Part shown: positions 29,443-37,640 of the stretch, in pieces
Layout: each line of letters opens with the position of its first letter
Position numbering within the stretch: position 1 is the first letter of the stretch
NCBI GenBank assembly: GCA_964431115.1
Contig: CAYSIO010000001.1
Span: 1-38,502 of the forward strand
From: an uncultured Vampirovibrio sp.
Lineage (GTDB): Bacteria; Cyanobacteriota; Vampirovibrionia; Gastranaerophilales; Gastranaerophilaceae
Reading direction: 5' to 3'
DNA: 38,502 nt
Program-made: the position numbers and the translations under genes
Notes under the pieces: generated by a model
Told to the model about the DNA's origin: nothing
What the model saw: only the letters and a program-made list of their open reading frames with translations
Databases searched by the model: none

Positions 29443-29739
29443 TTATTTAATAATTGACTTAATACTTTCAGAGCCGTTTTTTAGAGCGGTTTCATAACCT
29501 TTAATAGCTTCTTTTGCAGCCATTCTCCTCATATCAATATTTTCTTCGATAGAGCACTTTGGTATTACCATACAATTCAAGTCTTTCATAAGATCCTCTG
29601 TTACTGCACGTAATTGTGATTGTGAAAGGATATCTTGTATAGGCTGAGAAAGTTTTCTGCCGTTTCCGACTGCTTCTTTAAAAATAATTTCTCTTGAGCC
29701 TTGAAAATTAGGGGTATTGTCAATCTTGTGAATATTCAT
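29443..29739 (-). CDS. Hypothetical small protein, N-terminus MNIHKIDNTPNFQG
   Basis: AAGGAG RBS; 98 aa. Confidence 0.75.
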   Translation of the reverse strand: MNIHKIDNTPNFQGSREIIFKEAVGNGRKLSQPIQDILSQSQLRAVTEDLMKDLNCMVIPKCSIEENIDMRRMAAKEAIKGYETALKNGSESIKSIIK

Positions 29740-29798
29740 ATATTCTCCTTATTGTTGGTTTATATTTATGTAAAACGTGTAAAAATATTTTTTGCGTA

Positions 29799-30020
29799 TT
29801 ATTTTTCTAATTCTAATCTTAACAGTTTCATTTGTCTATATAATGATTCAGAGTTTTTTATAAGAATTTTACAAATTGTTTCAATATCTTCCTCCCGTGT
29901 TTCCCAGTTTTGATTTGTCAATATTTCTTTCATCATTCTTATTAAACAGTCAACCTGCCAAAAATCCTCAGTTACCAATTCAAGCTTTTTAGTTAAAATG
30001 TCTAAATTTGTTTTATTCAT
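29799..30020 (-). CDS. Hypothetical 73-aa helical protein
   Basis: GGAGG RBS before ATG 30020; TTGACA-17-TAATAT upstream (30123-30095). Confidence 0.7.
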   Translation of the reverse strand: MNKTNLDILTKKLELVTEDFWQVDCLIRMMKEILTNQNWETREEDIETICKILIKNSESLYRQMKLLRLELEK

Positions 30021-30067
30021 AAAATCCTCCAATTATTAACTTTTGTAATAATATAAGTAACCATTAA

Positions 30068-30133
30068 GCTATTTTAATAGCATTTTTGCTATTTATATTA
30101 ACCTAAAATAGCAATTTTGTCAATTTATTAGCA
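30068..30133. promoter_or_regulatory. Operator-like array between divergent genes
   Basis: Palindrome GCTATT-TT-AATAGC (30068-30081), inverted repeat TTGCTATTT/AAATAGCAA (30086-30114), and a further TTAGCA. Confidence 0.6.
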
Positions 30134-30151
30134 AAAATGTATAATATTAGT

Positions 30152-30370
30152 ATGAATTTATTAGCTAGAGAACAAATTAAATCATTATTGGCTCAAGAAA
30201 GTGTTAAGTTAAAGGATTTAGCAATTCTTATGTCCGAGCGTACAGGGAAAAATTGTGCGCCAAATGTTTTATCAAGAAAACTTTCAAAAGGAACACTATC
30301 TTATAATGAAGCGGTTATGATAGCTGACCTGTTAAGTTATGAAATAAGTTTCAATAAAATAAAAGATTAA
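30152..30370 (+). CDS. Small XRE/phage-repressor-like HTH protein, probably leaderless
   Basis: IKSLLAQ..VKLKDLA...LSRKLSKGTLSYNEA..IADLL.YEI.F pattern; TATAAT at 30140-30145, 6 nt before the ATG. Confidence 0.7.
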   Translation: MNLLAREQIKSLLAQESVKLKDLAILMSERTGKNCAPNVLSRKLSKGTLSYNEAVMIADLLSYEISFNKIKD

Positions 30371-30415
30371 TTATTTATTATAACATTGACATACACATCA
30401 TGGAAAATAGTTCAC

Positions 30416-30625
30416 ATGTCAAGGCTAAAAATTTTGGGAAAAAATATAAAACAAGCACGAGAAGCCAAAGAATGGAGCCAAGCCCTATTGGCAGAAAAGC
30501 TAGACCTTTCTACTGAATATATATGTAGAGTAGAAAGAGGACAAAAATATATGAGCTTACGCAAACTTTTTGAACTTGCTGACTTTTTAGAAATAGATTT
30601 TTGCAAACTAACTGATTTCAAATAA
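30416..30625 (+). CDS. XRE-family HTH transcriptional regulator
   Basis: LGKNIKQAR....SQ..LAEKLDLS..YI.RVERG pattern. Confidence 0.88.
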   Translation: MSRLKILGKNIKQAREAKEWSQALLAEKLDLSTEYICRVERGQKYMSLRKLFELADFLEIDFCKLTDFK

Positions 30626-30656
30626 AAAGACCGATTTTAAAATCGGTCTTTTTATT
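30620..30656. repeat. Palindromic terminator-like repeat, copy 1
   Basis: Perfect 36-bp palindrome at 30621-30656; 30620-30652 is identical to 31810-31842. Confidence 0.9.
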
Positions 30657-30723
30657 ATTTAACCTTATGTTGACAGTGCAGAGAAAAAGTGCTATTATCT
30701 CCGTATATTTTGCGGAGAAAACT

Positions 30724-31815
30724 ATGAAATATATCTACCAAAACACTGATTGGCACTCTTTTAGATGGTGCGGAGAAAAAATCAATAATTTGTTATTAGA
30801 AATTCAAAAAGCTCAAGGTTATTTGTTAGGCAAAATGGATGCTTTAGGTTTTGAAGTTAAAAACAATGCGTCGTTGAATATTATTACTGAAAACATACTA
30901 AAATCGTCCGAAATTGAAGGAGAATTGCTTAATAAAGAACAGGTACACTCTTCAGTTGCTCGCAAATTAGGTCTGGATTTTAATGCCAATATTGCAGTCA
31001 GTCGAAATATTGAAGGTATTGTTGATATGATGATTGACGCTACACAAAACTTTGACAAACAAATCACAGAAGAGCGTTTGTTTGGTTGGCATGCCCTACT
31101 TTTCCCCACCGGCTACAGTGGTATGTATAAGATTGAAGTCGGGAAATATCGTACAGATAAAAATGGTCCGATGCAAGTTGTTTCCGGACACTTAGGTAAA
31201 GAGAGGGTACATTATCAAGCTCCTGATGCCAATATTCTACCGGCAGAAATGATGAGTTTAATTGATTATATAAATAATGATAATACTAATCTTTTTATCA
31301 AGGCATCCATTGCGCATTTATGGTTTGTAATTCTACATCCTTTTGAAGACGGAAATGGACGTATTGCAAGGGCTTTAACGGATATGATTTTAGCAAAAGC
31401 TGATAATAGTTCATATCGCTTTTATTCAATGTCATCACAGATACAAAATAATAGAAAAGCATATTATGAAATTTTAGAAAAAACACAAAAAGGCTCTATT
31501 GATATTACAAAGTGGATAGAGTGGTTTTTAGAAAATTTATTAAATGCAATCAATTCAAGCGAAAAAATTCTAAAAAAAGTTTTAAAACGTGCTGAATTTT
31601 GGCAGAAACACGTTAATACAATATTTAATGAAAGACAAAAAAAAGTATTGCATCGCTTTATGGATGATTTTGTGGGAAACCTTACCAGTACAAAATGGGC
31701 AAAAATGTGCAATTGTTCTCAAGATACAGCCTCAAGAGATATTACTGATTTGATAAATAAAAAAATTCTTAAAAAAATAGGTACAGGACGTAGCACACAT
31801 TATGTATTAAAATAA
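30724..31815 (+). CDS. Fic-family protein (DUF4172-like N-terminus, Fic core, C-terminal HTH)
   Basis: HPFEDGNGRIAR catalytic motif; SSEIEG inhibitory motif; SQDTASRDI.DL HTH; GGAG RBS before ATG 30724. Confidence 0.93.
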   Translation: MKYIYQNTDWHSFRWCGEKINNLLLEIQKAQGYLLGKMDALGFEVKNNASLNIITENILKSSEIEGELLNKEQVHSSVARKLGLDFNANIAVSRNIEGIVDMMIDATQNFDKQITEERLFGWHALLFPTGYSGMYKIEVGKYRTDKNGPMQVVSGHLGKERVHYQAPDANILPAEMMSLIDYINNDNTNLFIKASIAHLWFVILHPFEDGNGRIARALTDMILAKADNSSYRFYSMSSQIQNNRKAYYEILEKTQKGSIDITKWIEWFLENLLNAINSSEKILKKVLKRAEFWQKHVNTIFNERQKKVLHRFMDDFVGNLTSTKWAKMCNCSQDTASRDITDLINKKILKKIGTGRSTHYVLK

Positions 31816-31842
31816 AAAGACCGATTTTAAAATCGGTCTTTT
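31810..31842. repeat. Palindromic terminator-like repeat, copy 2 (bidirectional terminator between fic and alaS)
   Basis: AAATAAAAAGACCGATTTTAAAATCGGTCTTTT between convergent genes. Confidence 0.9.
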
Positions 31843-31858
31843 ATTTATACCTTTACTC

Positions 31859-34558
31859 TTATCCTTTAATATCGTTTTCGATTTTTGTTAAAATTTCATC
31901 AAGCAAGCTTGCATCTTTCACACCGCCTTGAGCGAAGTTAGGACGACCGCCACCATTAGCGCCAGTTGCACGGGCAATTTCGCCAACAATTTTACCTGCG
32001 TTAATACCTTTTTGAACAAAGTTTTCAGACACTTTTGCAATAACCATTCTCTCACTAGCAAGAACTATTACGCTATCTCCAAGTTTGCTGCCAAGAAGTT
32101 CGATACCTGCTTTAACAGCATCAGCATCAAAGTTCTCAATCTTAGAAATGAATAATTTACCGCCTTCAATATCTTGAGCTCTGGAAATGAATGTTGCAAA
32201 TTTACCCTTAGCTTGTTCTTCTTTAACACGAGCAAGTTCTTTTTGTAATTCGCGGTTTTCTTCCGCAAGTTTTTCAACACGTTCAAGAACTTCATCTGTA
32301 TGAACTTTAAATCTGGCTTCAAGCTCATTTGTAACTTTAACTTTGCTGTTCATATACTCAATAGCAGCTTTTGATACAACAAGCTCAATTCTTCTTGTGC
32401 CTGCTGCGATTGCGCCTTCTGATACGATTTTAACAAGTCTCAATTCGCCTGTTGATTTAGCGTGAGTACCTGCGCAGAATTCTCTTGAAATAACTTCCGG
32501 AGCGTCACCATGTGAATGTTTGCAACCACCGCCATGTCCACCGCATTTGCATTTTTTAGCACCACCGATAGATACTACACGAACAACGTCATCGTATTTT
32601 TCACCAAATAATGCAGTTGCACCTGTAAGTTTAGCTTCTTCAATATCCATAACATCTGTTTGTACAGGAAGCTTTTCACCAATCCATTTGTTCATAAGAG
32701 CTTCTGTTTTCTCAACTTCTTGAGGAGTCATTGCTCTTGAGAAAGTGAAGTCAAATCTCATCCTGTTTTCTTCAACTTGAGAACCGGCTTGTTTAACTTC
32801 ATCGCCAACAACGTTTATCAATGCAGCTTGAAGCAAGTGAGCAGATGTATGGTGAACTTTGATTTCATTTCTTCTATCCACATCAATTACTGCTACAACA
32901 CTATCACCAATTACTAATTCGCCGTTAAGAACTTGGCATCTGTGAACAAATAATTGGTTAACCTTGAATGTTGTAAGAACTTCTGCTTTCAAGTTTTCGT
33001 TAACAATGTATCCGCTGTCTCCAACTTGACCACCACATTCTGCGTAGAATGGAGTTCTGTCCAATACAACGTCAACATAGCCTTCGCCTTCAATTAAAGC
33101 TAAAATTTTAGCTTCACAAGCGTAGTCTTCATAACCTAAGAATTCAGTTGAGCCGACTTCTTCTTCTACTTTTGCATACTTAATATCGCCTGTTACAGAA
33201 ATTTTAGCTGTTGCAGCTTTTGCACGTTCTTTTTGTTCTTGCATAGCTACTTTATAACCGGCTTCGTCGACCGCGAGACCGTTTTCTTCAGCGATTTCAC
33301 GAGTTAATTCGAATGGGAAGCCGAAAGTATCATAAAGCTTGAATGCGCTTTCGCCATCAATATCTTTCTTTTCAGCGATAAATTCTTCAAGCATTTTATA
33401 ACCTCTATCAAGAGTTTTATTGAATCTTTCCTCTTCTTTTTGGATAGTGTCTTTAATTTTTGCTTGGTTTTTAACCAAATCAGGATAAGCTTTTCCATAA
33501 TGCTCAACTACCGTATCCACAAGTTTATACAAGAACGGAAGCTCCATGCCTAAAATCTTACCGTGTCTTAATGCACGACGTAAAATCATTCTTAAAACAT
33601 AGCTTCTTCCTTCGTTACCCGGAATTACACCGTCAGAAATTAAGAAAGAAACGCATCTTGCGTGGTCAGTAATGATTCTTAATGAAATATCTGTTTTTTC
33701 ACTGGCTTCCCTCGCCCCTTGTGGGAGAGGGTAAGGGTGAGGGGTTTTAGAATAAGGAACACCGCTCATTTCTGATACTTTATCCAATATTGGTCTTAAA
33801 AGGTCTGTTTCAAATGTTGAAGCAACACCTTGACATACCATTGTGATTCTTTCTAAGCCCATACCCGTATCAACATTTTTCTTTTCTAAAGGAGATTGGT
33901 TTCCTTCTTCATCTTGGTAAAGTTCCGTAAATACTAAGTTCCAGATTTCAACCCAACGGTCACATTCACAAGTATCAATACCGCATTCAGGATGATCGCA
34001 TTTATATTCTTCACCTAAGTCGTAGTGAATTTCTGAGCAAGGACCGCAAGAACCTGAAGCTCCCGGAGGTCCCCAAAAGTTATCTTTTTTACCTTTTCTT
34101 TTAATTCTTTCAGCAGGAACGCCAACTGATTGCCAGATTTCGCCGGCTTCATCGTCAGTTTCGAAAATAGTAATCCATAGTCTGTCTTTGTCTAATTTAA
34201 GAACTTCTGTTACAAATTCCCATGCCCAAGCGATAATTTCTTTTTTGTAATAATCGCCAAAAGAGAAGTTACCTAACATTTCAAAGAATGTATGGTGGCG
34301 TGGAGTTCTTCCTACGTTTTCGATATCTGAATCTTTTCCGCCTGCGCGAGCACATTTTTGGCAAGATGCCGCACGAGCAGGTTCGTAAGGTGATTTTTGG
34401 ATGCCTAAAAATATAGGTAAAAACTGCAACATGCCGGCTGTTGTTAACAGTACAGTAGGGTTATCCGGCACAAGGCTTGATGATTCAACTACTGTGTGTT
34501 GATATTTCTTTTCAAAAAAATCTAAATATAACTGTCTTATTTCATTTCCTTTTAACAT
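31859..34558 (-). CDS. alaS: Alanine--tRNA ligase
   Basis: HHTFFEMLGNFSFGDY, DTGMGLER, editing motifs HTSAH and CAGTH, and C-terminal GGGRPNFAQGG. Confidence 0.98.
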   Translation of the reverse strand: MLKGNEIRQLYLDFFEKKYQHTVVESSSLVPDNPTVLLTTAGMLQFLPIFLGIQKSPYEPARAASCQKCARAGGKDSDIENVGRTPRHHTFFEMLGNFSFGDYYKKEIIAWAWEFVTEVLKLDKDRLWITIFETDDEAGEIWQSVGVPAERIKRKGKKDNFWGPPGASGSCGPCSEIHYDLGEEYKCDHPECGIDTCECDRWVEIWNLVFTELYQDEEGNQSPLEKKNVDTGMGLERITMVCQGVASTFETDLLRPILDKVSEMSGVPYSKTPHPYPLPQGAREASEKTDISLRIITDHARCVSFLISDGVIPGNEGRSYVLRMILRRALRHGKILGMELPFLYKLVDTVVEHYGKAYPDLVKNQAKIKDTIQKEEERFNKTLDRGYKMLEEFIAEKKDIDGESAFKLYDTFGFPFELTREIAEENGLAVDEAGYKVAMQEQKERAKAATAKISVTGDIKYAKVEEEVGSTEFLGYEDYACEAKILALIEGEGYVDVVLDRTPFYAECGGQVGDSGYIVNENLKAEVLTTFKVNQLFVHRCQVLNGELVIGDSVVAVIDVDRRNEIKVHHTSAHLLQAALINVVGDEVKQAGSQVEENRMRFDFTFSRAMTPQEVEKTEALMNKWIGEKLPVQTDVMDIEEAKLTGATALFGEKYDDVVRVVSIGGAKKCKCGGHGGGCKHSHGDAPEVISREFCAGTHAKSTGELRLVKIVSEGAIAAGTRRIELVVSKAAIEYMNSKVKVTNELEARFKVHTDEVLERVEKLAEENRELQKELARVKEEQAKGKFATFISRAQDIEGGKLFISKIENFDADAVKAGIELLGSKLGDSVIVLASERMVIAKVSENFVQKGINAGKIVGEIARATGANGGGRPNFAQGGVKDASLLDEILTKIENDIKG
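33708..33743. repeat. GC-rich palindromic dispersed repeat inserted in frame within alaS
   Basis: TCCCTCGCCCCTTGTGGGAGAGGGTAAGGGTGAGGG, related to 18352-18384; encodes PHPYPLPQGARE. Confidence 0.8.
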
Positions 34559-34664
34559 AATTTTTCCTTTTATATTTCTATTTTCTATATGAGAAAATTA
34601 TACATCAAACAAGATTTTCGCTAAATTATTTGGCATATAGATATTTTTGTGTTCTCATATATAT

Positions 34665-35450
34665 ATGAAAGTCGAAATAAATAACGCTCAAGAGATATGT
34701 AGTATTGTCAGAAAAAATTTCCCATACGAATCCCCTTGGATGCAATATAAAATAGGATATAAAAATTTAATCAGAAATAATATAGGAAAACCGCTCTGCC
34801 GTGATATTATTGAATTAAATAAAAAAATTTCAGAAAACAAAAAGAAATTGGATTTTGTGCGAGATAGCTATCAATTCTACACAAAAACACCAATCCGTTA
34901 TTTTGAAGAAATGATCAAATCAATTCAAAAATATCAAGTTCAAAATTGCGGAGAAACAGCAAGATTAGGTTATTTAGCATCCAGAATTAACGGTGTAAAA
35001 GAAAGTGATGTATCATTAAGCTCTTTAGCAGCACAAACTTTTTATAGCGAAAAGGAAAAAGACTACTTATTTCCTGAACTTGATAAAATTTTCAGTACAC
35101 TATTTGAAGCAGAATACGGAACAGATTTCAATATAATCGATCACGTTGTAACAAAGATAAAAAACGGGTTCAAAAAAATTTTTATAATTGACCCTCTGCT
35201 AAATGAAACAGATGATATTAGGAATATTGAGAAACTATACAAAAACAAATATGGAGATATTTTTGATATTGACTACAATGAAAAGGTAAAAATCATAGAT
35301 TACCCTTCTCCTCCGTATCCGATTATGCCAACAATTACAGACGAAGAAGCAAATCTTCTGGGACAAAAATTTCAGTTCCTTGTCTTAGAAGAAAACAAAG
35401 ACAAAATTGACGGTACAAGGAAACATTTCTTTGGACTTTTAGAAAAATAG
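34665..35450 (+). CDS. Hypothetical protein with a putative Cys-His-Asp (papain/transglutaminase-like) triad
   Basis: QNCGETA ... IDHVV ... IIDP; ATG 34665 preferred over TTG 34647. Confidence 0.6.
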   Translation: MKVEINNAQEICSIVRKNFPYESPWMQYKIGYKNLIRNNIGKPLCRDIIELNKKISENKKKLDFVRDSYQFYTKTPIRYFEEMIKSIQKYQVQNCGETARLGYLASRINGVKESDVSLSSLAAQTFYSEKEKDYLFPELDKIFSTLFEAEYGTDFNIIDHVVTKIKNGFKKIFIIDPLLNETDDIRNIEKLYKNKYGDIFDIDYNEKVKIIDYPSPPYPIMPTITDEEANLLGQKFQFLVLEENKDKIDGTRKHFFGLLEK

Positions 35451-35454
35451 CCGA

Positions 35455-36189
35455 TTAGTCGTCATCATGGTCATCGTCGTCGTCTTCGACTTCCACAGCT
35501 TTTTTAGTTTCTTTTACTTCTTCTGTCTTCTCTGTTTTTTCAATTTCAGTAGTGACTTTTTCTTCTTCTGCATCGTCACCTTTTTCGGCTTGAGTCTTTT
35601 GATCCATTTTACCTTTAATTACATTCGCTACAGGAGTTGCAATGAACGGAACTATAATACGTTTACCCACAATTGTAGCAGCAGCAATGTCTGCAACAAA
35701 TTTAAATAAATCTAATGCGTCTTTTCTAAGTTTTGCAGCATCTTTATCAAAACAAAGTTTTCTTAAGTGTTTGCCGTTAGCAATATCTTCCATACGTAAC
35801 TTAGCTGCAATGTTTTCTAAAGTCTCCGGACTGAATGATTTTTTGAAACATTTATTAAATATAGGCTCACTAAACTTTCTCATTGCGAAGAACATTCCGA
35901 TTTGAGCTAAAATCATCAAAATACCATTTGATAAATCTAACGCCGCTACGAAATTTCTTCTCTCATCAGGAATTTCTTTATTGTTTAAAGATTGTGTTAC
36001 ATATTTATAACATCCGACGCCATCCTTAATTACAATCGAGCCTACGGTTGTTAAAGCAAGAGCCTTTTCCGGATTCTTTTGGAATTGATCACCAACCCAC
36101 TTAACAGGTCTCAAGTCAGTAACAGTACCTAAAGCTCTTGCACTGTAATCAAATACTTTTGCCATAAAAGAAGAGTTGTTCACTTTCAT
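35455..36189 (-). CDS. Hypothetical membrane protein with an acidic C-terminal tail
   Basis: About three hydrophobic segments; start overlaps the upstream stop codon (TAATG). Confidence 0.75.
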   Translation of the reverse strand: MKVNNSSFMAKVFDYSARALGTVTDLRPVKWVGDQFQKNPEKALALTTVGSIVIKDGVGCYKYVTQSLNNKEIPDERRNFVAALDLSNGILMILAQIGMFFAMRKFSEPIFNKCFKKSFSPETLENIAAKLRMEDIANGKHLRKLCFDKDAAKLRKDALDLFKFVADIAAATIVGKRIIVPFIATPVANVIKGKMDQKTQAEKGDDAEEEKVTTEIEKTEKTEEVKETKKAVEVEDDDDDHDDD

Positions 36190-37640
36190 TATTTACCCTC
36201 CATTGCTTTTTGTGCTTTTTTTGAACCGGCAAGTTCCGGGAAGAATTTGTCCATAACTCTTGGATATACCCAGTTCAACACATTACATGTGATTGGTAAT
36301 GTTATACATACACCAACTATGATTTTAAAAAGTTGGTTTACACTCTTATAATGATTTCTAACAAATTCTTTATATTGTTTTGCAATATCTTTATGTATTT
36401 TAGTTGACAATTTTTCTTTGTCAAAATTAAACGTATCGGTATCGTGTAAAATTGTGTTCATTAAGTTATCAGATTTATCAAAGCTGCAAGCTTTAGTAAT
36501 TTTTTCTATCGTTTCTTTAATAATAGCATCCGAAGCTCCTTTCGGATTTTTGATTTTTGCGTGCATAAACTCTGTAATTATATTATCAAGTTTTGCATTT
36601 CTTGTAGTCATTGCTTCAAGATATTTTTCATAAGTATATCCGCCTGAACACATAGATTTTATTGTATCAATTCTGGCTAATGTTCTTTGAATTCTGTTAT
36701 ATTGAATTTCTGTCGGACGTTTAGAAATTTCTTCTAATAATTCTTTAATTTGAGGATTTGTCTCTTTACTAAGAAGATTCTTAATAAAATCAGCCATTTT
36801 TGCTTCATCTTTAGGAGCATCCTTAAAGATTTCTCTGATATATGTCTCATTTTCCAATAGAGTCTTAGCTCTTCTTGAATAGAATGATAGCTTTTCATTA
36901 TCTATTTTTAGTTTTGATGCATCTGTTATGTACTCATCAATTTGGCTGTTAACCAATTCAGCTAACGATTCATGGTCTAAAGATCTTTCACCAACCATAA
37001 TCTTGCCGGTTTGTTTGAATTTATCAGCAATTTTATTAATTTGTGAAGCTTCAATTTCTTTTTTAGTTTGCTCTAATAACTCGTCAAAAGCTTCACCTTT
37101 TAAATTAGGATCTTTAGCTTTAATTTTTAATTTCGCGAGCTTTTCAATATAAGATTTGCTGTTAATAGCAGATTGATCATATACTATACTAAAACGTTTT
37201 GAATAGTCAGGATTGTTAAATATAACATCCAAAAATTTATCAATAGGTTTTAATGCCGTAACTTGGAAAGCAATCGCCAACGCAGCCGAAATAGGCTGTC
37301 TCATTGCAGTATATTTTTTAGTATTTTCAACATCCTTTTTCTCTTCTTCCAAAGCCTCTTTCGGAGCCTTAACAAAAGGGTTAAAAGCAATCGGGAACGG
37401 TGCAACTAAACCGGTACCAACTGCAGTAATCAAAATACCGCCAATTTCACCTTTTAACCATTCTAAACTTTTCATAAATTTAATAGCAGCTTTCCCCGGT
37501 AAAAGCTCAGTAATTCTATCCGTCAAGTTTTTTGGCGGCTTCTTCGCAAAACTAACATTATAAGTATGACCGTTTGGATAGCTATTGCTACTGCGATTTT
37601 GATAATTTGGATAATTCTGTTGAATCTTATCTACTTTCAT
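36189..37640 (-). CDS. Hypothetical membrane protein with a large helical soluble insert
   Basis: Hydrophobic segments near both termini; AAGGG RBS before ATG 37640 (37664 is an alternative start). Confidence 0.75.
   Translation of the reverse strand: MKVDKIQQNYPNYQNRSSNSYPNGHTYNVSFAKKPPKNLTDRITELLPGKAAIKFMKSLEWLKGEIGGILITAVGTGLVAPFPIAFNPFVKAPKEALEEEKKDVENTKKYTAMRQPISAALAIAFQVTALKPIDKFLDVIFNNPDYSKRFSIVYDQSAINSKSYIEKLAKLKIKAKDPNLKGEAFDELLEQTKKEIEASQINKIADKFKQTGKIMVGERSLDHESLAELVNSQIDEYITDASKLKIDNEKLSFYSRRAKTLLENETYIREIFKDAPKDEAKMADFIKNLLSKETNPQIKELLEEISKRPTEIQYNRIQRTLARIDTIKSMCSGGYTYEKYLEAMTTRNAKLDNIITEFMHAKIKNPKGASDAIIKETIEKITKACSFDKSDNLMNTILHDTDTFNFDKEKLSTKIHKDIAKQYKEFVRNHYKSVNQLFKIIVGVCITLPITCNVLNWVYPRVMDKFFPELAGSKKAQKAMEGK

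Noticed and set aside
29799..31842. Prophage or integron
   Set aside because: No integrase, structural or replication genes; the repeats are perfect palindromes without attC-type features.
34559..34664. T-box leader for alaS
   Set aside because: The intergenic region is only about 105 bp with no T-box consensus.
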